From assembly GCF_016433145.1 (NCBI RefSeq), contig NC_058131.1:562971577-563035576 (forward strand): a DNA stretch of 64,000 bases, given 5' to 3'. Positions within the stretch are counted from its first letter, which is position 1. The number at the start of each line of letters is the position of its first letter. This document shows positions 38,141 through 51,970 of the stretch, one piece after another. Made by a program: the position numbers and the translations under genes. The notes beneath the pieces are model-generated. The model did no database searches, was not told the origin of the DNA, and saw only the letters and a list, made by a program, of their open reading frames with translations. The DNA comes from Gracilinanus agilis. Taxonomy: Eukaryota.

Positions 38141-39897
38141 TTAATAACCCTTATACCTTCTGACTTGTCAACTGGCCAATAAGAAAAAAAGGCTACCCCT
38201 CCCCAAACAACTAACTATTTATTCTAAGACAGGAAAGCAGTAAGGGCAAGGCAAATGTGTTTAAGTGACTTGCCCAGAGTCACACAGCTGTTAAATATCT
38301 GAGAACAAATTTGAACTCAGGTCCTCCCAAATCCAAGCCTGGTGCTCTATCCACTCTTTTACCTAGCTTCCTATCTTGCCTAAATTATTGTAGTACTCCT
38401 AATTGATCTCGCTCTTTCTATCTTCTTCCTTTTTCAATCTATTTTACATATAACTACCAAAATGATATTTTTAAAGGGCAAGTCTGTATGTATATGACTA
38501 CTTAAGAAGCTTCAGTGGCTTGGGAGCAGCTGAGTGGATAGGGAGCCAGATCTAGAGACGGGAGGTCCTGAGTTCAAATCCAACCTCAGATAGCCATGTG
38601 ACCATTGGGCAATCTTTTAATTACCATTACCTCCCCTTTGGAACCAATACACAATATTGATTTCAAAATGGAAGGTAAAAGGTTAAAAAAAAAAAAAAAA
38701 AAAAGAAGCAGCAGCAGCTTCGGTGGCTTGCCATTGTCTTTAGGATAAAATGTAAAATCTTCTGTGTGATTTTTAAGTCCTTTAAATCTGGCTCCAGCCT
38801 GTATTTCTAGGCTAATTACACATGATTCTTCCCACCTGAATATATAGTCAAACTGGCATTATTGCTGTTCCCTGTACATGACTTTCCATCAGAGCTGTGT
38901 CTCGTTCCAGGAATGATCTCTCTTCACTTTTGCCTTTTGGAAACTCTTAAAACCTACCTCCTCCAGAGACCTCCAGTAGCAAACGTCTCCCTCAAAAGCA
39001 GGGACTTTAGTCTTTATTTTTGTTGTTTGTGTTCAGTTGTTTCAGTAGCATCTGACTCTTCATGACCCCATTTGGGGTTTCTCTAGCAAAATACTTTGCC
39101 ATTTCCTTCTCCAGCTCACTTTACAAATGGGGAAACCGAAGCAAACATTACCGGTCTTCTGCTTTGGAACCAATACTTGGAATCTCTTCTAAGATCTTAG
39201 ATCATAGAGGGTAAGGGTTTAAAAAATAACAATAATGACACCACCTACCTCCCAGGGATGTTGTTTCTATTAAATGAGATAATATTTGTAAAACACTTTG
39301 CAAATAAATATTAAAGTGCTACCTGGTTAGGTATTATTATGCTAGATGCTTTTTGACTTTAGTAGAAAGATTCTGGACCCAGAATGAGTTCTTTTTCTGT
39401 TTTCTGAACTGAAGTTTAATTCTGATGCAAGTCTGAAGAGACCATAGCTTTTGACTATCATCTAAATTTAGAAGAAGACTAATAAAAGCTCTTAACTACA
39501 AATGCCCACACAAAGTACTTGTGACCAATGAAAGCTCGAACATCTTTGTTCTGCAAATCCTTTTTTTAGTATCTCTATTTTTCTTTTTGTCAGTACACAG
39601 CACAAAACTAACAATGTATTTTGGAACATGCAAGGAATATAGTGGATGTTGAGAAAATCATCCTAGAATCTACCACCTAATGTTCCACTGGGTAAACCAA
39701 GACTATTTTTGATACGGCAATAATTTCTCATGACTTGTATAGTCACACATTTGGAAATACCTAGATCATTCCTGTTGCTAATTTTATTAGATGTTTCCTA
39801 GGACAAGATAGGAAGAAACAAAGGCCCAAGCCAATGCACATCAATGTCTTTGTTCGTTTACTGAAGAATTGACAACCATTTATTAAACACCTTTTAT

Positions 39898-40100
39898 GGA
39901 GCAGCTAGGCGGCTCAGTGAATCGAGAGTCAGGCCTGGATTTGGGAAGATTTGAGTTCAAATCTGGCTTCCGACACTTCCTAACTGTGTGACCCTGGGCA
40001 AATCACTTAACCCCAAATGCCTAGCCCTCAATGCTCTTTTGCCTTAGAATCACTATTTAGTATAGAAGTTAAGACAGAAGATAAGGGTTAAAAAAAAAAC
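39898..40100 (+). mobile_element. SINE1-type long-tail
   Basis: Head, CORE, tail and A-run. Confidence 0.8.
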
Positions 40101-40502
40101 CCAAACCAAATTATACAAGATAAAAAAGTAAAACACCTACTTTCCAGGAGTTTAAGTTCTAATGTGGGAGACAAAATGGACATGTATCGAGAATACTAGA
40201 GAAATGAAAGAATAGAAGGGAGTTTTCCCTAGTAGAGGACCACTCAGGCAGCAGAGAAGAGTGCTGTGCATGTGAAGTGGGTTACCTCAGAAAAATGGGA
40301 CTAGACAACCAGAAGTTCAAATTAGTGGAACCAATATTAATAAACGTACTTAACAACTTTCCTAAGTGAGAGCTGCCCCGAACTCAAATTACAATGCAGT
40401 TTTTATAGGGTTCAAGATACAAAGAAAATAATGTTCATTCCCGAGACATAACTTTGAAACTTTTATCATCTGGAAGTTATTTTGGTCAGTAACATGGGCT
40501 CC

Positions 40503-40594
40503 GGGACTTTCCACCGTCTATCTTGTCCTGGATTGTGAGGCAGCTATAGAGAGTTACTTTCTCACGGATCCTGAGCTGACTGACCTTCACAGAA
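40503..40594. promoter_or_regulatory. Candidate intronic enhancer motifs: NF-kB site, nuclear-receptor half-site and GAS
   Basis: GGGACTTTCC at 40503-12, TGACCT at 40581-86 and TTCACAGAA at 40586-94, in non-repetitive sequence. Motif match only. Confidence 0.3.
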
Positions 40595-40669
40595 AAGCTC
40601 ATTTCTGCTTTTTACTTTTCCCCAGGGAAAAACAGGTTTTCTGGATAATGATTTAGTTTATCTTATTTC

Positions 40670-40870
40670 ACATGGAGTCAGGAAGACCTGAGTTTAAATC
40701 CTGTCTCAGATATTTACTAGCTGTGTGACCCTAGGCAAGTCATTTAATCTTCGCTGCCTCAGTTTCCTCAGCTGTAAAACAAGGATAATAATACTTAATG
40801 TTGTGAGGCTGGAATAAGATAATATTTGTAAAGTTCTTTGTAAATCTTAAAGTGCTTTATAATGCAAGCT
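40670..40870 (+). mobile_element. MIR
   Basis: CORE plus GTTGTGAGG...AGATAATATTTGTAAAG MIR tail. Confidence 0.75.
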
Positions 40871-41189
40871 GTGATGATGATGTAGAAACTGGTTCGGAAA
40901 TTTTAGCATTAAAGGAGACTGGGGGATTTTGAGAAATGGAATTAAAGAGGGAATGAATTCCAGGGAAGAGAGACAACTGAGGCAAAGGCATAGAAGTGGG
41001 AGATCTCAAGCAGGCCAGAATGGCTGGACTACAGATTACACGGAGGGAAGTAACATGTAATATGACTCTCAAGGTTAGAAGGGTTTGGGTTGTGAAAAGT
41101 ATTCTAAATCAATAGCTGAGGACTTTGGAAGAATGGAGAAATACAAAATTGTGAAATCCCTTTCTTTTTATTTAAAAATTGAGATACTA

Positions 41190-41385
41190 GGGGGAAACTG
41201 GGTGGCTCAGTGGATTGAAAGTCAGACCCAGAGACAGGAGGTACTGGGTCCAAATCTGACCTGAGACACTTCCCAGCTGTGTGACCCTGGGCAAGTCACT
41301 TAACCCCTATTGCCTAGCCCTTACCACTCTTCTGCCTTGGAGCCAATACCCAGAATTGATTCTAAGAGGGAAGGTAAGAGTTAAA
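41190..41385 (+). mobile_element. SINE1_Mdo-type long-tail
   Basis: TSD AAAAATT(T)GAGATACTAG. Confidence 0.88.
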
Positions 41386-41694
41386 AAAATTTGAGATACT
41401 AGAGTCTACTTAGGCAGAAAACTGGCCAACTTAACTTACTTTGAACACAAATCTGTGATCATTTGAGCTAATGATTTTGGGGACCACCAATATTATTAGA
41501 GATCAGACACCACCTGGTCCAACTGCCTTATTTGATGGACAATGAAACTGAAACCCAAAGAGGTCCAGAGAGTTGGCCGAGAGTATAGGAATGAGTAGCA
41601 TAGCTATGCCACAGATGCAGGTCTCCTGATTATACAGCCAGTGTTATTCCCTGTCTTGGGTCCTCTCCCTGCTCACCTTTAAAGTCCCCTTCTA

Positions 41695-42042
41695 GGGGAG
41701 GGCTGGGTGGGTCAGTGGATTGAGAGTCAGGCCCAGAGATGGGAGGTCCTGCGTTCGAATCTGGCCGCAGATACTTCCTAGCTGTGTGACCTTGGGCAAG
41801 TCACTTAACCTCCATTGCCTAGCCCTCATCTCTCTTGTGCCTTAGAACCAATACACAGTATTGATTCTAAGACAGAAGGTAAGGGTTTAAAAAAAATTTT
41901 TTTTAAAATAAAGTCCCAAGGGGGCAGTTGGGTGGCTCAGTGGATTGAGAGCCAGGCCTAGAGACGGGAGGTCCTAGGTTCAAATCTGGCCTCAGACACT
42001 TCCCAGCTGTGTGACCCTGGGCAAGTCACTTGACCCCCATTG
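41695..42042 (+). mobile_element. Two tandem SINE1 copies (41695-41909 full; 41920-42042 3'-truncated) in an L2 remnant
   Basis: AAGTCCC target repeated at 41682, 41911 and 42043. Confidence 0.85.
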
Positions 42043-42099
42043 AAGTCCCCTCCTTCACGAAGCCTTCCATCATCTCCTCAGATATTAATGCCTCCCTAT

Positions 42100-42450
42100 C
42101 AATAATATGTATATATACACAGATTATACATAATATCTACATTATGATGTATATAATATGTTAGCACATCTAATATACTTTATAACAAAATATATGATCA
42201 TATAAGTATCATGTACAATGTTACATAACATCACATAAAGCATATGATATATAAATAGAATATACTTATGATATATAAATAGAATATGCATGTATATATG
42301 ATATAAATAGAATATGTATATGTGGTATATAAATAAACAGAATATACATGTATATTTGATATAAATAGAATATGTATGTGTGATATATAAATAGAATATG
42401 TGTATATTTGATATATAAATGAATAGAACATATTATTTATATATCTATTT
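42100..42450. repeat. AT-rich low-complexity tract with a TAAATAGAATAT-core minisatellite
   Basis: About 7 core copies at 24-33 bp spacing between 42250 and 42430. Confidence 0.85.
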
Positions 42451-45400
42451 ATGTGGGATTCTCTGGCAAAATTGTAAGCTTCTTGAGAGGAGAGATTATT
42501 TCAGAATCATAGCACAGTGCTTGGCACAAATTAGGTGGTTAATAATTGTTTGTTCAAAAGCTGATAATGTTATCAGTGCATGTCATTCATAAAACTTAGC
42601 TATTGATTCCAATGGAAAATGAGAATCAGGAAGGTGCTTTCTCAGTAAAAAAAAAATTTAATTTAAGATCTTTATTATTTTCCTAGTTCTTCTAACAGTT
42701 AACACAAATCGGGGATGGGGGGTGGCTTCATCTTAAAAGGTCCAGGATGAACAGGATGCTTTGAGAAATGTTTGCATATTTTATAAAGAAATGTATAAAT
42801 GCAATTGGTATAAGACTAAATAATCAGGACTGTCTAGACAATTCAGGAAAAAAAAAGAAAAAGAACCTCCTCTCATCCCAAATATCTGGGTAATGGCAGC
42901 TGCATACTCTGACTTTCAAAGGATTCAATTATTCCAATTCAGAGTAAACAAGCTTCCATTTTTTCCTTTCTATTTGCTCTTACAATCAGATTCATCCACA
43001 TTTCAGGAGGGAGCTCATTTTAATAGGAATTTCATAATTTTCTAATTTAGCTTCACTGAGATTTTAAGTTCTGGAGTTACTGTCCATAAACGTAAATGAA
43101 AACATTCCTTTGATATAAATCACATGTAAAAAGGAGAATATTTTTCAGTTTAAAAAATGTGTTCTGATTCACTCAAGTAGTTAAGTGATTTCTGTCAGAG
43201 AAGACAGATTTGTGGTGAAACAGACTTGCTGATCACATCTCCTGTGAGAGCACCAGAAATCAGTAGACATTTTTTTGCAGTCAAGGAATTCAAGGTAGCC
43301 CTAGGTCCGACTCCTAACAGTAGCCACACCACTTTTACAGTAAAGATAGGATGTTTAAAAATTATATTTTCCTGTTTGTAGCTTTCTCTCATGTTCACAT
43401 GAGCTGGAAACACTGCCAAGCTTCACTATTCTTTCCTTTGCCGCCTCCTTACCAACATCAGCCAGTTTCTAGCAACACCACATTGTTCCAGACCCTGCAC
43501 TGTTTTCTCCTCCAGGGAGGAGTCCTCTCGTCAAGTCTCCATCAGTCATTAACCTCAAGTAGGTCAAGGCCTGAGAATTGTGCTATGGCAGCATTTCAGA
43601 TTTCAGGCCAAGTGGTTTTGCCAGGATCCAAAGAGAAACACATTTTTCAAGGAAGATGAAAAAACCCAAACCCACAAAGTACAAACTGCACACAATTTCT
43701 GGTCTAGGTCACAAAGTCCACCAAGAATGAAAATCTGACTGATATGGACACCCAGCAACACAGATGTCTTTTGATTAGTCACTGACATTCAATATCCTTA
43801 ATTGTGTCTCCTCACAATTCATAGGTGACACAGATTGGATAATCCCAGAAAAGTTGGTCCACTGGGAAGCTACATAACTATTTGCTCCATAAATACCTTG
43901 GTGGCAATGAAAAACCAGTCTACTTCCTTAAAGCCATCCTGTAAAGAAGACTCACGGAGTAAACTGATGCTACAACCTCAGCTGTCCCATTTGTTGTGGC
44001 TTAACTAACCAAACATAAAAAACCAGAAAGTAAAAATGTTAAAAAAAAAAAAAGTTAGTTGAATTAGAATTTTTTAAAAAATTGATGCTCTCACAGTGCA
44101 TTTAGGTTATATCTAAAGATAAAATGCTTGATACTGACTTATTGATACCCAAGAATGGGTGAACATGGGAGGGATATGATAGAATTCCTTTGCTAGACTT
44201 CTTAAAATTGAATAGTTGACTCCCAGCTGTTTATTGTCAGCTTTTTCACTGAGCTATGAATTAGCAATTTGGAAAATTTTTATCCTAGCTCTACTGTCTG
44301 TGACCAACCACTTTATAATGACATGGATTGGACTTGAAGTCAGAAGAAACAGAGTTCATTCCTCGATATAACACTTATGACCTAGCTATGTGCAAATCTC
44401 TTAAACCTCTCTAAATTTATAAAATGAGTGTTGGACTAAATGACCTTTAAGGTTCCTTCTGACCAAAGGTTTGCTATAAATATCTAATATTTATACCCAT
44501 TTATAATCATATTTCAAAGCGTATATCTACAAAAGCATATACATACACACATATATTTATAAGCATAATTCAATAGAACTGGTTTTATTTATAATCCGAT
44601 CTATTATAATGTATGAATTTACAAATAGTCTGAGAAAGGATGCAGAGGCTTCGCCAGCCTGCCAAAGGGATCTGGGACCACAAAAGTTAGGAACCTCTTA
44701 TCTAGTGGATGAAACTGGTGCTCTCTCTAAGATTCATGGTTGTTGGATGCCTATGATTTCTCCCCTTATATTCCTTTTCATGCCCCCCTTAGGTTCAGGG
44801 TCAGGATTCTTGAAATTAGATTTCTCAGTTTGGGACAATGACTGCATTTTTGAATTACCTTCTAGTGCTATCTATTCTCAATTAAGTATTTTACATATCC
44901 TGAACAGGACAGCTCCCTCAGAGATATTTATGAGGGAGAAGGATCTGGGCAACTGCAACTATGCATCTGTGTGACATGGGGCTCGTTAAGAAGCCAAGGA
45001 ACTGTGGCGAGGATCTCTGAATGCCATCTATGTTCCACATCTCTCCTAGAGTTGTTTCCCCTCTAACACAGACACTCTTTGAACATCAGTACTTTCCTTG
45101 GATTGGGAGACAGAACATAGAGTATTTTCCCCTTGCTGCTTTTATAAGCAGGCTGATTCATGAGAGGAAAAGTAAAGGGCAGCCTGCTTTTTAAACCAGC
45201 TCTCAGAGTTAATGTTTTCGAGGCAGAGCCTAAGCATTTCATGCCACATCCTGTTAGTGCCTTCAAGAATCTGAGTACATAAAGAAAGAAAGCCTGCATA
45301 TAGCTTAGGACTAAATTTAAAACCCATCACCACCCAGTAGTATTGTCAAATCTGAGGAATTTTTGTTCTGGACTGTGCGTAAGATGGCCAAAATCAACAC

Positions 45401-45617
45401 AGGGAATTGTTAATTCAGAGCAGAATGGCACTGCTTTAATTTTCAGAGATAATAGAGAGTATATAGGTTTGAAATTGTAAAAATTCCACAGAAAGCTTAT
45501 GATAGGCATATCTGGGAACCATTTCAAACTGTCTTTGTGGTAGGATGATATGGAATGAGTAGAGGGATGACCATTTTCTCTGATGCCTTTATATTATACC
45601 TTTAGCTGTACTTATGC

Positions 45618-45619
<2 letters not shown>

Positions 45620-45665
<46 letters not shown>
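45620..45665. repeat. (CT)n microsatellite (also at 47047-47102)
   Basis: Uninterrupted CT dinucleotide run. Confidence 0.97.
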
Positions 45666-45666
<1 letters not shown>

Positions 45667-45737
45667 ATAGCGAACAGGACTCAAAGACAGCACTGTTTAT
45701 AACCAGCTTCCTTCCTCCATCTTTTGACTTCACGTTA

Positions 45738-45890
<153 letters not shown>

Positions 45891-46655
45891 TCAATGTGTA
45901 GTAAATTTCAGATCCTTTACAAGGTGTTTTAAAAGAAACTTTGCTGAGTTTGAAGATATTGATATAGATTTTAATAAGGCACCTGACATTTTATTAACAA
46001 ATAATATCCGTTGACTTTTCTTGCTTTTTTCTGTAACACTCCTAGTATTTTTTTTTTCCTTGTACCAAACATGCTGATTAGAACTTTTCTCAATATCCTT
46101 GAATTCTGCACATTCCTGTCAAGAAGACATTTCTAATGCCACTGATAAAGCCTGTTTTCATCTTAAAAATTCAAGCTCAACAACCCAACTCAACATGACA
46201 AATATTTATCAGATGCCTATAGTGAATAGCATTCATGGTGCAAGACAATGAAGGGTTTGCAAAGTTTGTAAAAGAAGCTCTCCCTACTCCCAGGGAATTA
46301 CTGACTAATGAGGAAGCAGATCCAGACCCAGATAACAATGATAGACCTATTGCATAAGAGAGCTACCAAAACACAGTTCTAAGTGAGCTCTGAGGAGGAA
46401 GTGACCAATAAATGAAATCAAGAAAGACTTCATAAAGGAGGGAATATGTTTTTTAAAGGATGGGAGGAAATGTGACAAAGCTGGTTGAAGGAAGACATTT
46501 TAGGCATAGAGAGCAGCTTGAGTAATTTCTTGGAGGTGAGAAAGTATATATTATGCTCAGGATTCCAGTTTGGCTGAAGATGTGATGGGGAATAGACTGA
46601 AATCAGGGTCAAAAGTAGGTTGGGGGGCAGCTGGGTAGCTCAGTGGATTGAGAGC

Positions 46656-47046
46656 NNNNNNNNNNNNNNNNNNNNNNNNNNNNNNNNNNNNNNNNNNNNN
46701 NNNNNNNNNNNNNNNNNNNNNNNNNNNNNNNNNNNNNNNNNNNNNNNNNNNNNNNNNNNNNNNNNNNNNNNNNNNNNNNNNNNNNNNNNNNNNNNNNNNN
46801 NNNNNNNNNNNNNNNNNNNNNNNNNNNNNNNNNNNNNNNNNNNNNNNNNNNNNNNNNNNNNNNNNNNNNNNNNNNNNNNNNNNNNNNNNNNNNNNNNNNN
46901 NNNNNNNNNNNNNNNNNNNNNNNNNNNNNNNNNNNNNNNNNNNNNNNNNNNNNNNNNNNNNNNNNNNNNNNNNNNNNNNNNNNNNNNNNNNNNNNNNNNN
47001 NNNNNNNNNNNNNNNNNNNNNNNNNNNNNNNNNNNNNNNNNNNNNN
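46656..47046. other. Assembly gap (391 N)
   Basis: Run of N. The left edge ends inside a SINE head and the right edge begins inside a (CT)n tract. Confidence 1.
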
Positions 47047-47053
47047 CTCTCTC

Positions 47054-47103
<50 letters not shown>

Positions 47104-47174
47104 ATAGCGAACAGGACTCAAAGACAGCACTGTTTATAACCAGCTTCCTTCCTCCATCTTTTGACTTCACGTTA

Positions 47175-47327
<153 letters not shown>

Positions 47328-48059
47328 TCAATGTGTAGTAAATTTCAGATCCTTTACAAGGTGTTTTAAAAGAAACTTTGCTGAGTTTGAAGATATTGAT
47401 ATAGATTTTAATAAGGCACCTGACATTTTATTAACAAATAATATCCGTTGACTTTTCTTGCTTTTTTCTGTAACACTCCTAGTATTTTTTTTTTCCTTGT
47501 ACCAAACATGCTGATTAGAACTTTTCTCAATATCCTTGAATTCTGCACATTCCTGTCAAGAAGACATTTCTAATGCCACTGATAAAGCCTGTTTTCATCT
47601 TAAAAATTCAAGCTCAACAACCCAACTCAACATGACAAATATTTATCTGATGCCTATAGTGAATAGCATTCATGGTGCAAGACAATGAAGGGTTTGCAAA
47701 GTTTGTAAAAGAAGCTCTCCCTACTCCCAGGGAATTACTGACTAATGAGGAAGCAGATCCAGACCCAGATAACAATGATAGACCTATTGCATAAGAGAGC
47801 TACCAAAACACAGTTCTAAGTGAGCTCTGAAGAGGAAGTGACCAATAAATGAAATCAAGAAAGACTTCATAAAGGAGGGAATATGTTTTTTAAAGGATGG
47901 GAGGAAATGTGACAAAGCTGGTGAAGGAAGACATTTTAGGCGTAGAGAGCAGCTTGAGTAATTTCTTGGAGGTAAGAAAGTATATGTTATGCTCAGGATT
48001 CCAGTTTGGCTGAAGATGTGATGGGGAATAGACTGAAATCAGGGTCAAAAGTAGGTTGG

Positions 48060-48234
48060 GGGGCAGCTGGGTAGCTCAGTGGATTGAGAGCTGGGCCTAG
48101 AGACAGGAGGTCCTAGGTTCATATCCGGCCTCAGACACTTCCCAGCTGTGTGACCCTGGGCAAGTCACTTGACCCCCATTGCCTACCCTTGCCAATCTTC
48201 CACCTATAAATCAATACACAGAAGTTAAGGGTTT

Positions 48235-48262
<28 letters not shown>
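48060..48262 (+). mobile_element. SINE1_Mdo-type short-tail
   Basis: 13-bp TSD AAAAGTAGGTTGG and long poly-A. The head is also present at 46622-46655. Confidence 0.92.
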
Positions 48263-48266
<4 letters not shown>

Positions 48267-48333
48267 GTAGGTTGGTTCCAGACTATGGAAAGATTGGGAA
48301 GCCAGGAAAAAAGAGGTTAGAAGTTAATAAGCA

Positions 48334-48540
48334 GGGGGCAGCTGGGTAGCTCAGTGGATTGAGAGACAGGAGGTCCTGGGTTCAAATCTGGCCTCAGACA
48401 CTTCCCAGCAGTGTGACCCTGGGCAAGTCACTTGCCCCCCATTGCCTATCCTTACCACTCTTCTATCTTGGAGCCAATACACAGTATTGATTCCAAGATG
48501 GAAGGTAAGGATTTTTTTAAAAATTTAAAAAAAAAAAAAA
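48334..48540 (+). mobile_element. SINE1_Mdo-type long-tail with short internal deletion
   Basis: Lacks the ~11-nt GCCAGGCCTAG segment of the head. The rest is near consensus. Confidence 0.88.
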
Positions 48541-50043
48541 AGGTTAATAAATAGTAGGAATCCACCAAAGATTTCTTTGCATTTTATGTTCAGATCATCT
48601 GACAATGGTCTTAAGCATAATGTGAGAATTTATTTTCCACATACTCTATTAAATCTTGTATCAGGGTATGGAGTGGAAAGGCCCAAATTCCGGTATATTA
48701 GGGAGAATTGCTGTGTATTCCAGTGTCTGGGGTCAGGGTCAGAGATCCAGTCAACCACTTTTTTGCATTTTCTTTGTTCTTAGGAATTCCAATCCTTTTA
48801 AAGAGAATTTGGTTAAAAAATGAAGAGGACAAGTATTCTTTTCTTATGGACCTGTTCCCCATCAACTGGGAATGGGGAGGGGCACATGGTTTGATGTAAA
48901 GCCAGTTTGCCAATTAGAGATGCCTGGGGATGTTTAAGGGAAGGGCTGAATAAATGAGCTCCAAAAAAATATTTCTTAAACTGCCTTACCAGAATTCAGG
49001 ATATGTCATCATTCTAGAGGGACATAGACATGAATATCACTTTTGGTTCTGATTCTGGCCTAATCAATAAATGGGCATATTCAATAAACTGATATTCTTA
49101 CCCCCAAATCAGTCCCTTGAAATAATTTTAATTGTAATAATAGTGAGAAGAGAAGAGTGACAAATAGACTTGTGATTCAGAAAGATGGGGAAAAACACAT
49201 ACACAACACATTTTAGATAGCCAGCTTAAAGGGCCTTTTCTTCTTAATGTCATAAATAAATTATCTTGTCCATTTTGTATAAAAAAAATAGGTATGCGAG
49301 AACATTTTTTCAACAATCCAGGAGATTTGGGATGAGGTCCAATACAGGGATTGTCCCAGTGGTTTAAAAAGAGAATAAATAAATCCCCAAAATAGTACAG
49401 TTGTAAGATCAATAGAATTTTGCAACTATTAGACATGAGAGTTGAGGGAGAAAGAAGACTCAACAGATAATAGGAGAGGACCACTGATAGAAACAATTAA
49501 ATCAGAAGGAGAAAGCAAGTTTAGGGAAAAGAGAAACTCAGTTTTGTACATGATGAATTTAAGATGCCTGTGACACCCCCATGAAGTTCAAGACTAGAAA
49601 TACAGAAGCAGCATAGTGCAGTGCTAGATTTGAAAGTCAGGAAGACTACAGTTCCTATCTTGCTTCTGACAATTACGTAACCTTGGACAAACCACTGCTA
49701 AGAGAGAAAGAAGCTGAGAGGGTCAAGGATAGATCCTTGGAGAAATAACTTCCTTGAAAGGTAAAGTGATAAAGATAATCCAGGAAAGGCAATAGAGAGG
49801 TCTCATTTAGAGATGGAGGAGTAAAACCAGGAACCAAAGGAAACAAAAAAATGGCAAGATGGTCAGCAATGTCAGAACTTATAAAAAAGGATGAGGAGGA
49901 TGAAGTTTGAAAAAAGTTCATCTGATCAGGCAATTAGGAAGTTGGTACTGACTTTCTCTGGAGCAGCTTCAGTATAATGGTAGGGATCAAAGTTAAGAAT
50001 GCAAAGGCTTAGGGGCAGATAAATTTTTAAAAGATATTTGGCA

Positions 50044-50136
50044 CTGGGCAAGTCACTTGACCCCCATTGCCCACCCTTACCAATCTTCCACCTATGAGAC
50101 AATACACCAAAGTACAAGGGTTTAAAAAAAAAAAAA
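50044..50136 (+). mobile_element. 5'-truncated young SINE1
   Basis: Starts at CTGGGCAAGTCAC. Flanked by AAAAGA(T/C)ATTTGGCA TSD. Confidence 0.88.
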
Positions 50137-50869
50137 AGACATTTGGCAGTCTGGATAGAAGAAGAGAGACAGAATGGTAGAAGGAGAGGCTTAAGCATCC
50201 ATAATCCTATCTTACCATCCAAGCAAAATGGTATGTAATTTTTAAGATAGGAAATTAAGTGACTCCATCTTTCTCTTTTAAATAGGAAATGAATTCTGGA
50301 CTCAAAGCTGATTCATTTAGAATAATAAAGGGAGAAAAGAGTGAACAACTTCAGAGGTAGGTTCTAACAAATCTCTCTCTCTCTCTCCCTCCTTCTTTCT
50401 TTCTCTTCCCCCCTTTCTTCCCCCTCTCCCTCCCCACCCCTCCCCACGCTCTTTTCTGGGTGGAGAGATGAACTAGACTAGAAAGATTTTAAGTGGTGGT
50501 TTGACATTAAAACTTCCACATATTAGCATTAGAAAAGGCCAAAAGGCCAGACAAAAATGACTTAAGTTTATGAGTCACATGACTCAAAATCCTGGCTCTC
50601 TAGCAATAAAGGATGATTTAGAGAATTAAAACACAATGAATTACATCAAACGAGTGAGGCAGTTTTTGGTAGGGTCCAATAATGAAATGGAGAGACATCT
50701 TTATCTTTATTAAAATAGCTATCATATTGAGATTCCAAAATGAAGCTACTAGACTTCTCTAAGAAAATCAGAAAATTATCGGAAACAATTCTCCCACTGG
50801 ATCACAGGGAAACTGAAGGGTGTAAGTTAGAATCCACTCTTCCAAATACTATCACTAAAGATTAGACAG

Positions 50870-51125
50870 TAGGTGTAGGTGGTACAGTAGTTAAGTGTGC
50901 TAAATCTAGAGAAGGAAGGCCTAAATTCAAATATGGCCTCAGATACTTTGTTAACTGTGTTACCCTGGGCAAGTCACTTAACATTTCTCAGTTTCCTTAT
51001 TTGTACAAGGATGATAATAAAGATCCTACTTCCCAGAGTTGTTGTGAGGATATAATGATATAATATTTACACAGAATTTTGCAATTCTTTAAGTGTTACT
51101 TAAAGACTAATTGCTATTATTATTA
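50870..51125 (+). mobile_element. MIR
   Basis: Head, CORE and GTTGTGAGGAT tail. Confidence 0.7.
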
Positions 51126-51769
51126 GCAGGTCTCCAATTTTCAGTCATACCAATTCATGGCTATCCAATCTGGACAGAACATTATATTAGGTACTAACCA
51201 AATATAGGAAAAAAAAAAAAAAAAAAAAGGTCTCCATCCCCCTTCTCTGACATATCCAAGATAATTTTAATCTGCCGCTCTACCACCACATATGATTCAG
51301 TATTAATCAATTTCTGTTGGGTACAACTTTTGTCCATATGGTTATTTTTTTTAGCCTAGCTCCTTTATTTTATATTTTAATTTTATTTTAAAAAATATTT
51401 TTCCATGTTTCCATGATTCATTTTCTTCATTAGGTTATTTGTGATGAGAACTTAATTTACGTTAAGAAATTAAATTAGAAATTAAATAATGAATTAAAGT
51501 CTGACCTCATCTCAAATATATATACATTGAATGAATTTAGTTTCTGTACCCATGGAATTTGTTCTTTGTCACAGAGCGATAGATAAAATATTCAAATTAG
51601 GAAAAGGTGACTGTGTCAGCTATAGATTCAAAGAATTATAAAATCACACATCAAGAGCAGGAAGGAAACTTGGAGGTTATCTCTTCTAATCCCTCAGCAG
51701 GAAACTGAGACCTTGGGGTGTTCAGTGACTTGTCCCAGGCCACAGAGGATTTTAGTAGTTAAAAATCTT

Positions 51770-51970
51770 GTTTAATTGTTTTTAGTCATGTCTGACTTAT
51801 CATCACCCCTTTAGGGTGTTTTCTTTGGCAAAGATTTACAGATGAGCAATTGAGGCAGAGTTAAGTGACTTGACCAGCATCACACAGATAGTATCTGAGG
51901 CTGATTTGAACTATGAAAGATGAGTCTTCCTGACTCCAAAGTCAACACTCTATCTACTGTGCCACTTAGA
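51770..51970 (-). mobile_element. Mar1 (reverse)
   Basis: TTTAGTCATGTCTGAC tail and reverse CORE. Confidence 0.7.
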
